From the human T2T-CHM13v2.0 reference genome, Homo sapiens, in NCBI RefSeq assembly GCF_009914755.1, contig NC_060932.1: DNA of 64,000 nucleotides. One strand, given 5' to 3'. Below, piece after piece: positions 1-12,012 of this stretch (positions are counted from its first letter, which is position 1; every line of letters begins with the position of its first letter). The translations under genes and the position numbers were made by a program. The notes under the pieces are model-generated. The model was not told where the DNA came from, ran no database searches, and saw nothing but the letters and a program-made list of their open reading frames with translations.

Positions 1-171
1 ATCTTTGACTAATTAGCGAAGACAATTGCTAATTCACCATTAGCCTAAGAATAGGCTCTCAGGCCATCTGCCAAGAATCTCACTCCATTAAGATGTGTGC
101 CCCTGCATTTCATTTTATCTCTGAACCTGGTCATGTCCTGTCCACCTTATGTGTGTTGTAAAAATAATATA

Positions 172-303
172 ATCAGCTACTCAGGAAACTGAGGCAGGAG
201 GATTGCTTGAGCCTAGGAGTTCGAGCCTGCAGTGAGCTATGATTGTGCTACTGCACTCCAGCCTTGGTGACAAAGTGAGACCCCATCTCTAAAATAATAA
301 TAA
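172..303 (+). mobile_element. Old Alu right-arm fragment (AluJ/FRAM-like)
   Basis: cagctactcagga..gaggcaggaggattgcttgagcc..gcagtgagctatgat..ctgcactccagcc followed by an A-rich tail. Confidence 0.85.
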
Positions 304-955
304 TCATGTAAGAAGGTAGTTAGTTATCCTTAGCAGTTTTCTTCCACAATTAATAGATTCCTTGGTTTCTCAGTCATTTAGTTTCCTCTGATGGTGTTTG
401 AAAGTCACTCATTTGTAATAAGCAGGTGGACCCCAGCCTACTCAGTGTTATTTGCGGTGGTGTCAGTTATTAGAGGGGAACATCAACTACACCAGTCACG
501 CATCTGATCTTTTTTTGACATCCTGCCTAAAGCGAGGACTTATCCAGATATACAGAATACATGTTTTAGCCTTTTGAAGGGACATTTTGGGATAAACTAA
601 CGCTATTCCTATATTTTCTGAGTTATCACTTTCTAAGTATTTTTCTTCCTGTGATCCACTTTCCAATCATTTTCAGGTATCTAAAGAAACTATAAGAGTT
701 AGAGCATTCCCATCTTTCAAAGGAATGTTTGATTTTCAGGGTCTGATCCAAGCTAAGTCATCTATCTCCTTTCCCCATCCCTTTTCCTGGATAAGATAAC
801 AGAAAAAAAACTATAAAAGCTATAAATATATGTTAAAAAGTAAAGACAAAAACCAGTTATTAACATTTCGGCTGAGTTATCTTGCAAGTGCCATTCACTC
901 ACTAAATGTAAAAAAATCTTTTCTGAACATTATACAACTGGAGTATTCAGAGTGA

Positions 956-1372
<417 letters not shown>

Positions 1373-1951
1373 TAAATTACTCCGATTAATATTGCCAGGA
1401 GAAGCCAAGAAGTGCCAGAGGTTTTTAAACATCAGCTATAAATTACCTATAAAATATGATAATGAAATATGCATTCAATTAGCTGATAATTTATTTTTAA
1501 GTTTGGTTGTATTAAAAGGTCAAGAAATAAAGAACTGGAGACAACATTATACGGGGGAAAGTTGCAGTTTGGAATTTTGATAGCTAGACTAAATTCCGAA
1601 TCTACAGTGAAAAATTTTACATAATGACATGTGCCAATATTAGTTGGGTGATACATTTGTTTTCAGATGAAAATACAAAAACTGGAAGAAAGAAACTAGC
1701 TAGTTTTCTCAGTAAGTGGCACTGAAACCGTAAGGAAATTCTAAGATAATTAGTGACATCCAAAAAGTCCTAATCTAGACAAAGTTTTTGGTAAGCAATC
1801 AAGGTACTGTTAGAAACACAAAGCAAAATATAATAAGGACAGGGTGACATGGAATGTAGTATGACTTTTACAAGACAAATATACCAACTCAGACACATGC
1901 AAATAAGTGATATCCATCAAAGCACTCACCCTGTCTAATATGCATGAATTA

Positions 1952-2235
1952 GACTGGGCGTGGTGGCTCACGCCTGTAATTCCAGCACTTTGGGAGGCTG
2001 AGATGGGTGGATCACCTGAGGTCAGGAGTTTGAGACCAGCCTGGCCAACATGGCGAAACCCTGTCTCTACTAAAAATACAAAAATTAGCCGGGTGTGGTG
2101 GTGGGCGCCTGTAATCCCAGCTGCCTGGGAGGTTGAGGTGGGAGATTGAACTGGGAGGTGGAGCTTGCAGTGAGCCGAGAACGCACCACTGAACTCCAGC
2201 CTGGGCAACAGAGCGGGACCCCATCTCAAAATAAA
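1952..2235 (+). mobile_element. Full-length Alu (AluS-like)
   Basis: gggcgtggtggctcacgcctgtaat...ctccagcctgggcaacagagc. Confidence 0.96.
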
Positions 2236-2251
2236 TAGATAGATGATAGAT

Positions 2252-2292
<41 letters not shown>
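2236..2292 (+). repeat. (GATA)n/(TAGA)n microsatellite in the Alu tail
   Basis: Directly visible, with interrupted units at the 5' end. Confidence 0.97.
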
Positions 2293-2939
2293 AATGGATG
2301 AACTAAGAGGCCTCTGAGAGAGTAATTTCTTAAGAATTTTTGGAATGATTATATTCCAAAAATCATTCAATATCTTTTTGAAATCCTTCCTCTTTTAAAT
2401 TTACCCTCATACCATGGAGAAGTGCCCTTTGCAAAATAATCATGCTTCATTTTTCTGATCCAAAATGGTATTGCAGGTTAATTTTCAATCATTTACACTA
2501 CATTTAGTTTGGGATGACTTTTAGCAATTTCCAACAATCTACCTTCAAAGGATAAAATTTTGCCATTTTTGAAGATATTAAAAATAACACATGAAAAAAA
2601 TACATACAAAGATGAAAAGTTTCAAACAGCAGGTCCATGTGGGAAAAGGTGTCTGGCTGGCCTAAGTGGCTTCTAAGAAGTTTCTAAGAAGTTAGAAGTG
2701 ACTTCTAAGGTCTCAAGTCACTGAACCTGAAACAGTGTTCAAGCCGATTTAAGTTCCAGCATGTTTGGAACCATCCGTTGTATCCGTCAACCACCAAGCC
2801 TCAGGTGGACATCAAGTTTACAAGGGAGAATGCTATTTCAGCCAGTAATGTTTGCCTACAAAATCCTTTGAGAATGCAAAGTCTAAGCTTATTTTAAAGT
2901 CGCTCACATACCAGTAGGGCAAACTGATGACGGACTCGG

Positions 2940-3900
2940 AATAATTTTTACTGAACACCTACTATGTGCAAGGCCCTGTTCTTGGCACCAGCATTTGAAA
3001 TGCATTCCCTGCTCCCAAGTCACTGTCCATGTAGGTGGGGAAATAAGAGGCAGCACAGTGCATATTATGCACCAATGGTGTGGACAAGGTACAGAAGAGG
3101 AAATAAGGGGAAATAAGAGGTTGCATAGTAAATATTATGCATCAATGACGCGGACAAGGTAGAGAGCAAAGACGGAGGAGAGAAGACCTCCCGTCCCCAC
3201 TTTGTGCCCTCTGAGGCTTTGTTCTTGGTAAAGGAGGCAGAAAATAGAGAGTGGAGGGAAGTGAAGAAAAGATCTGGGAATGGGAGCATCAGGGCTGAGG
3301 GTGGGGAAGCACAGTAGCCTGAAGGCCTCTCACATAAGTGATTGAGAGAAGAGCTGCGCTGAGGGAGGAGAGGATGTGGGCCCTGCAGAAGCCTTGGGGA
3401 CAGCATTCTGGGCAGAGGGAACAGCAACCCTAAGGCCCTGCCTAATTCCTAGAGAGCTTAGGAGAAGCAAGAAGCCCAGAGTGGGAGGCTGGGGGATGGG
3501 AGCACTCACTGCCCCTGTGGGGTGGTGGGTGGGCATCTGGAGGTCACAGCGGGGTGGCAGCCAAGGAGTCCACAGCAGGAGTAAGTGCAGATAGCAGGAA
3601 GAAAGGGTCCCAGGACGGAGATCAGAGGCACCGCGCTCTTTAGAAGGCTACACATGAGTCTAGAAGGGCTAGCAGTGAGATGAGGGAAGAGTCCAGAGGT
3701 GAGGCATCCTAGAGGCCAAGTGTAGACAATGGATTGTGGAGGAGGGAGATCAGCTCTGTGGCATCCTGCTGCCTGTCAAGTAGGAACAGGAGGCTCCAGG
3801 ACCAAGTTTCTGACAGGGGAAGGGGATGCCGAGGGAAGGGAGGTCCCTGGAGATCGGTCTGGGAAAGATTCAGGAGGGAAACTGCATCACACAGTAGCAA
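2940..3900 (-). mobile_element. Degraded L2 LINE fragments
   Basis: ttactgaacacctactatgtgcaaggccctgttct (antisense L2 3' end), cagcattctgggcagagggaacagca, atcagctctgtggcatcctgctg. Confidence 0.6.
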
Positions 3901-4625
3901 CAACTTTCTTGATACGTTCAGCTGGAAAAGGAAGGGGAGACAGAGAATCCAGGTGGAAGCTGGGTCAGGAGAGGTTTTTACAGTTTTTTTTTGGAAAAGT
4001 TTAAACATATTTTTTGATGAGGGATACAGAAGAGAGGGTACAGTCCTGATTCCTAAGTGGACGCGTTACTCCTTGCTGTAAACTCTCATTAACTGGCAGC
4101 TTTAAATAGATTTATATATGAGTAGACTTGATTAATATTTAATCACTTACACATGGGAAACAGTTTCCTGCATTTGATTCACTCATTCACCCGCTAGTAC
4201 ATAACTCGTACTTACTGCCTTCGGGTACCCTGCTCTTTAACCTCTTCTGGGCCTCAGAACCCCTTTGAAAATGTGATGAAAACCAATAACTCCCTTGCCC
4301 AAATAACAATTTGCATCAAGTGTTAGAAGGTTAGTAGAGTCCCAGAAGACAACCCTTAGATCTGGAGGTAAATGGTTATCAGTTTAAGAAGCATTTCTAA
4401 TTGTGTTATCTTATTTTGTTTTTTAATCAACAGGCTTTTAATTCTGTTAGCATAAGATCATGTACACCCTCTTAGCTCAGGTTAGATGCGTGTTTAACGT
4501 TTAACTGCTGACTGGTAGAAATCACCCTAACATCAACTGTATAAGCCAGGATATTGTAACTTTAAGTCATGAACTTGAATCTTCATTCCAGAATCTTAGA
4601 GGGCATGGCATTGGGCACCACTTAC

Positions 4626-4741
4626 GTGATTAGTTCCTTTTTGAGATCTCTTGCATGAAGCTTGGGTTTAGGGCTTGGTATAGAGGCCTCTCCAGGAAAC
4701 TTTTTTTCCTCTAAATTTTCTAGAGAGCTCACTGGGTCTTT
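4626..4741 (-). CDS. ST18: ST18 exon KDPVSSLENLEEKKFPGEASIPSPKPKLHARDLKKELI(T), 116 nt; not in the ORF track
   Basis: Manual translation; acceptor tttgttttccag|AAA GAC CCA; donor ATC AC|gtaagt; phase 0 in, 2 out; LEEKKFPGE resembles the MYT1-family motif before finger 3. Confidence 0.94.
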
Positions 4742-4900
4742 CTGGAAAACAAACAAAAAACAAACAAAACACAGAAGCCATTAGGGAACCCTGGAAAGAC
4801 AACTAGATTTAAAATCATTGAAGCCAGGTTTGAGTTTTGGCTTTGGACTTGGACTTGGCTGAAATACCTTAGAGGATTTGCATAAGAAATAAATAATATA

Positions 4901-5233
<333 letters not shown>

Positions 5234-8200
5234 TTACAGATCTTTATCCTAAGTGAAGAATGAAAAAGTGTAATTGATATGGAACACCTTTCAAAAGTTC
5301 ACATTTTGGCAAATATGATTACAGAGGTAGGTATTTCTTGACCCATGTAATTAATATTTTAGTATATTTCAAGGTTTCTTGTATTAGGAATGCTCCCTAG
5401 AGAGCACAGGAATTGTTTATATGTCCAGCAGTCATAACAGCAGTAAAACCAAAGAAATATTGCAAAAATGAATCACACAAACTTTTAGACAGAAAAGGGG
5501 GAATTTTTGGTTAACGGAATGCCCTTTCTAATGTACAGGTAATTAAGATCTAAATTATTTGTTTAAATATGTAATAACTGAGGCTAAATTAAATTTAGGC
5601 ATTTAATTTGATCTTTCTGGATAATTGCTTTTATTTTTATATTACTTCCTGTTTTTCTGAAATTACTTCTTTTGCTAAATGGGTATCTTGTAGCACTTTC
5701 ACTCCTGGATGGAATTTCTTGTTGGATATTCCTAATTTTCATGCCCTTCTCTTAAGTTTAATACTGACCTTGATTTCATAAAGAAGATTCACTAATCCTA
5801 TCAAACAATTTATTTACCAAGTGATGTATTATTTCACAGATAACAAATGATGGTTTTTCTCAATCACATAATTAGCTTACTTTCATCATTGATCTTGTAT
5901 CTGGTAAATATAATACTTTCTGGTTTTAATATTAAAATCAGATGAACTAATAAAAAAAACTGTCTTCTAAATCTCAAAAGTACTGATGTACTTAAGGTAA
6001 GTAAACTATTTTGAATCGTTCAAAATAATTTTTTTAAATTAAATGAATATAAAAATACTATAGCAAAATATAATTTTAGTAATTCTGAGTCTATATTCAA
6101 AAGCAATATGAAAAAAACAAAATTCCTGGATTTTCCCAGCCAAAGAAAAATTCTAAATGCCGATCTCAGTCATCAAGGCAAATGTAATTTTTTTCATTAA
6201 TTACTTGGCTAACAATTCAATCAATTATTTCACACAAGAGCATACTGTAGTAAATACATTGGTACACTGTCTCAAGTGACATTGTCTTCAGATTACATTA
6301 ATGAAACCTGATTTAGTACAATTTATCCATATTATTGATGGTATTAAGTGTTTCATTTTGTTTTACTGGTAAATGTTTGAAAACAGAAGCCGATAAAAAG
6401 ACAGGATTTTAAAATAAAGAGAAATGTATGCTTGATAATAATTCCACACTAGGATGCAAAGAGAAGTGCTAGTTTAATGCTGCCTCCATGGGATCCACAG
6501 CAAAATAGATGATTAACACTTACCTTTCAAAGTTTTATGCTGTAAATGGCTAAAATGAAAAAATTCCAAATTTTAAGGCCTTAAACCTGATAATTCCGCC
6601 ATCTACTTTATTTAGTCCTATCTGGATTTGGCCTGAGTAGTATTTTCCACTATAATTTAGAAATGTCTTGGCTTTTTGAAAGTAGATACAATTGCTAAAT
6701 CTGATATTGTCTCAATGTGGAACAGCCTTTGTTTTTCTGTTTAGATGCTGATTTTTTTTTTTTTTTAACGAAAACGGCATAAAGTAAAAAGAGCCATTTT
6801 ATTATTTATGGCAAAGTTATGAACAAAGTCTCTCTAAGAAGACATGTATATTTACAGATTACCACAAGTTTCTAGCTGTTGTTTTAGGGCTGAATCTATA
6901 ATTATGGAAGGCAAGAGAATGGGGAATTTTGAAAGAAATAATCAATTATGAAAGTTTAAGTTATTTTACTAAATAATATAAACATAAAGCTTGCAGGATA
7001 TATGTTATTTATTTTGGTATAGTAATATGTGGTAATGTTTCAACAGGATAATTTTATTGCATACGACCTTTTAAATATTTTGTAACTTTAACACATAGAC
7101 TCATATGCATACAATAGTTTTATGAAATAATTGTCTTTTCCCCTTTTCTTTGCTCAACATTCTACCCTTAGAAACCTTCAGAGAGTGTATGTATTAAAAT
7201 CCAGGTGGCTGTCACTAAATAATTAGTTTTGTTATGGAGGCATTTTATATTAAATGAATACCTAAACAGCAGCCAGTGTAAATCAATAGCATTTGTAAAA
7301 ATCTTTTTCCAAAATTTAAAGTATAATTTTGAAAATAATAATTTTATTTTGTGGTTGTGTAAAAGAGGATGTGGTATATATGTGTGTGTTTAGAGAGTAC
7401 ATGCATGCAATGAAATTCCTTTAACGTACAGATGGAAGTTTATATTGATTTCAGTAAAGACCAGGACATAATGGTAACATGAATAACAGATAATAGCATC
7501 TGGCACTCTTAACATTTTAAGCCCTGAAATCTTTGGAGAACTGACAGTTGAATGAAACTGACAGCCCTAGTTATTTCTCAACACTTTCCTTTCGAGATAT
7601 TTTGAGTTTTTTCCAGATTCAGGAATTTTTTTTAGGGGGCATCTGGACAGGCTATTTCACTGAGAGAGACAGACAATATTTTCTGAAAATTACCACCAAA
7701 ATTAAGCAACTGTTGTGCATATGAACTAGATAACAATGAATTAGAAATAATCACTCAATTTCTGGTTGTGTATGTGTCTTATGTGGTCGGGGGAGAGGGA
7801 AGTGGCAAAGGGAAAGACGTGGGTGGGAGCAGGGACATAACCATATTCCAGTCTCCAAATGTGAACAATAGATTGTCTGGAACGCACATAGCTATTCCAG
7901 GGAAGCTCACTGGAAAGTCACAAGAAAGGATCAGTCCTGGAACTGTTTTTTGTGGTCACATTGCATGGACTTGCCTGGATCACAGGAGCTCCAGTCCTGT
8001 ACCCGCAGAAACACTTTAGACAACTGTTGCCGCCAACACACCTTGCCACCTGCCATTTCTTCATTCTTCTCTTTTTTCTTTCCTATTAAATTTTTCTCAA
8101 TAACCCCTAAGCAGTCTCCAGTTTTTGGTGATTTTTTTTTCTTTTCCTTTTCCTCATTTACCTTCTTCTCTTTTTTTTCTTTGTTGTAGGGAATTCCAGG

Positions 8201-10169
8201 CCTATTACTTAATTTCATATGACCAGGAGCAACAACTTTACCCCCCTCACATTTCTCCTCTAAAAAATCTGATAATAATCCTGCTTTTCAAGATTGTTGG
8301 GATAATGAGACATTGCGTATAAAGGTTCCTTATCTGTATTTTATTGCACGTGGTATCCCTCTGATAGCTTGTCAATGAGCGCATTTAATACAATCTAATT
8401 TTTCAAAATAATGCCTACCAAACATTACATTTTTCATTTTCAAGATTCAGAACAGGATGTGAAAAATACTGTTAGTAGATTACCTTGGCACGGATGAAGG
8501 AACAGAGAACAAGAGTGAGAAACCATATCAGGAGTTAGAGTGATTCAGAAGTACTTTTATGTGTGTGTCTCCACCAGCCTCAGCTTTCCCAACCAATGAA
8601 TCACCCTGTTCAGATAACTGGGACAATAAGCATTTAGCTTAAACAAATATTCTGTCAGCTCAAACCTAGGGCAAGCACACTGAGTCCAAGACCTCACTTA
8701 GCATCTCCAAAGTCCTCTCTGATACTCTTAGTGACACTGAATTCCCACATAGCTTCTAAATTCCAGATGTCACAATACTTAGGTTGAAAATTGTAGCAGT
8801 CCAAGCCTGTGTTGTCAGACCTGGAGTAAGTAAGCCATTCTGTAAAGAGCATCAATCCACTCTAAAGAATCCCATCTTGTGTGTGTGAATTTGCTGGGAA
8901 ATGAAACACTGTCCCAGATATATATGCATGAGAAAAAAACAGACTCAAGTCTACCAAGATGAATCCAGATGATTTTTTGAAATTAAGCAAAAAACAAGAT
9001 TAAAAAGTAACATAAAATATTTCTTATGAAATCTCATTTTCTGGCTTTCTGGGTGATAAGAACTGTGGCTAAGGAAGTGATAGGAATGGGTTTCTGAGAA
9101 TCTGAAGAGTGCAATGTTGACATCCTTGCTGAGGGCACAAAAGTATAATCAGTGTCAAACAACGCAAGACACCCTAGATGAAGATGAGAACCTATTTGAA
9201 GCAAATGTGTTTTGTTACTACCCAGGATTGGAGGCTTATGCCTGACAATTTCTGGTGAATACATTCGCCATAATCATAAGGATGAGTGCAGAAAGCCCAA
9301 GTGCCACTCTGCATACGGCATCGAGATATTCCCAGAAATGAGAACATGTTGGGATTTTGAACCTGCATGAAGCAGTTATACTTAATTCATGAGACACTGT
9401 CCTTCCTGTAGCATAAGGACTTCTACTGGACCCACATCCACACATCCTGGGTCAAGGGTCAGGTTTCCCTTTAGGTCTGTAGATGCAATGTGCCATGATC
9501 TGAGCAGCAGTGGCCTGGCTGGAGATTAAGCAGTCATGTGAATTGAAGCGCATTCCCTTACCCAAAGCTAACTCGTATGTAGTAGGACTGCGCCAACAAT
9601 TTTGATCTCATCACAATTGTGCCTCTTAACCTGTCCACTTCCTGGCTTGCTGCTTACTTCCATTTCAGACAAGATGTGCAGGATACTCGAGGGATGTGAA
9701 CACTGACAGACTTTTAGATGATACACGTAGACATAATTAGGTGTAACCTCTGTTTTTTGGCACAAGCCTGAGGTGGCAGTGGGCACAGTGGTTGGGGAAA
9801 GATGCACACTTGCCAGTTTGTGGTCGTCATTTGAGGCAAATGAGCTTCTTAAACTTTGCTGGCATCAGTTTCACATTCGTTATCATCAAATATGTATTAT
9901 TTTAATAAATGATTCTTCTAAAATAGTACTATGATAGATTGATTAAGGCCATCCTTGGACGCTTTGGGTGAATTTTGAAAAGCCAAGCAGAATAAAATGA
10001 CTAAGGCCAGTATGACAGAATCTAATCAAAAGCTGCAGTGTGTGAATCCCCTCATCCTTCCATGTGATGGCTTGAGTGGTGGAGACACACAGGCTGCCTC
10101 AGATGCTGAGGATGTCTCCCAGGGGTCCACACCCAGCCACCTGATGCAGTTAGCCATTCCTCCCTCTCC

Positions 10170-10350
10170 ACATTGTGTGCCTGTGCGTGCTACTCTGTTT
10201 ATCAGTGTATTTGGCTACAGGTCAGTCTTCTGAGCACATGCATGACTGTGGCACACAAGCATGGTGGAAGTGTGTCCTATTCATTGCTGTATCTCCAGGT
10301 CCCATGTCACTGACTGGACTTGGAGATGTTGGCAAAACTGTGCTGAAGGA
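10170..10350 (+). mobile_element. L2 3'-end fragment
   Basis: gtgtcctattcattgctgtatctccagg..aaaactgtgctgaaggaa resembles the L2 terminus. Confidence 0.55.
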
Positions 10351-10453
10351 AAGAAGGAAGAAAGGAAGGAAGGAAGGGAGAGAGGGAAGGAGGGGAGGAG
10401 GGGAGGGGAGGGGAGGGGAGCGATGGGAAGGGAAGGGAAGGGGGAAAGAAAAA
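10345..10453 (+). repeat. Polypurine (GGAA/GGGGA) low-complexity tract
   Basis: Pure purine 10345-10420, one cgat interruption, then purine to 10453. Confidence 0.95.
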
Positions 10454-11427
10454 CAGCCCAATCTTGTGATCAAAACTGTGTACGTTGACTTATACTTTGA
10501 GATGTTAAGCATGTGCAAAAATCAAATTAGATCTCATCACCCAAAGTCTCTAAACTTCAAAAAGCTGTAAAAGGCGCTGCACACTTCTGCAGAGAATGGC
10601 TATTTCAGTTCTTTACACATATCAACTGGCAAGCCCATCAACAACTTCCCTGACAAAGAGCAAAATAGGACTGACTTACTGTAATAATTAAGGCCACATC
10701 TGCAATTACACAGAGTCTAAACAACCGAGGGTTCTGGCTGTCAGTTCTTTCGAATGACACTGAGTAGTCCATGGCTAATCAGGCCTAGTCAGGTGGCTCA
10801 AGCCATAAGGCGAAGGTTAGATGAATTCCTGCACTGTCGCACCATCTGGCTTTCAGGGCCAAAACCACCTCCAAGATAATCAAATACACAAATAGGTCTC
10901 CTTGACTTCAAGATTAATTCAATTTAGACATCCAACATTTCGATCCAATGCCTTAAACAATGAGTCTATACATAGGTATGCTAACACAGTCCCTTCACAA
11001 AACCATGGAAAGAAATTTGACATGACTCAAAGATTCTTACTTGACCCTGATTTGATTTCATCTTCAACCCTCTGGTTCAGAAAGAATTAGTAAGCTGGCA
11101 TTTCAATGTTGAGCAATACATTGCCCCTTACAGCTGCTATATGAAGGGATAGATAATATAATCTCTTGTGCAGGGCACAAAATTTCAGCCTTAATAGGAA
11201 TAAAATCTACTATAGTGACATTATTTTAGGCAAGTGATAATAAAAGTTGGATTTGTTAATGAATTTCCTCTGACATTAAAAATCACCACTTTATCAAAAT
11301 CTAAAGCAAGGTACAGAATTATGTATTATCTAAACAGGAATGTGAAATATAATTTAGGAGGGAAAAGCTAGTGATACCCTGCAATCATGCTGTCTTCAAC
11401 TTATTGATTGACATATGGAAACAATAC

Positions 11428-11673
11428 CTCTTTCTCCTCCTCTGTCTTCCCGTGAGTTTTGCTATAGTTGATAGGAGTGTCCCAGCCCTCTTGGTCACAA
11501 AGAGCCTGATAGAATGCTGCATTGACCAGAATGCTGCTTGTTTTGAATGGGGAAGAGGAAGGAGTTGGAATAGAAGTGTTAGAGGAAGTTAGGGGTGCAG
11601 ACTTGTCCAGGATTCGATTTTTTTTCATGCTTAAGTCCAATGTGCCATTTTCATCCACTTCTATTTCGGCTCC
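11428..11673 (-). CDS. ST18: ST18 exon GAEIEVDENGTLDLSMKK...GWDTPINYSK...EEEKE, 246 nt (MYT1 domain)
   Basis: Acceptor ttgtataccag|GGA GCC GAA; donor AAA GAG|gtattg; phase 0-0; EVDENGTLDLSM is conserved across MYT1, MYT1L and ST18. Confidence 0.96.
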
Positions 11674-11954
11674 CTGGTATACAATAGGAAACAGAAAAAC
11701 ATTTAAGCAGTTTGCAGTTACAGCCTAGCCATGTGGGGCTTTTAAGGGATCATTTTAAATGTAAGCTTTTATGTAAGTATATCTGCTTTTAAATCTAGCT
11801 TTCTGATTTGCGTTGGGTAATGTTCAATTCTTAGGCAGACTTTAAGAACAGCCCCATTAGTGAGCTTTGTGTTTCTGGGTTTAAACAAAGTAAGCTTAAT
11901 GTAAATAAGATGCTCCAAATACTAAATATATTGGCTAAAACAGTTTTATGAAAA

Positions 11955-11986
<32 letters not shown>

Positions 11987-12012
11987 TGTATATATATACA
12001 CATACACACACA
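11955..12012 (+). repeat. (TG)n(TA)n(CA)n compound microsatellite
   Basis: Directly visible. Confidence 0.95.

Noticed and set aside
2664-2710. Local cttctaagaag repeats
   Set aside because: Short slippage-type duplications with no sign of function.
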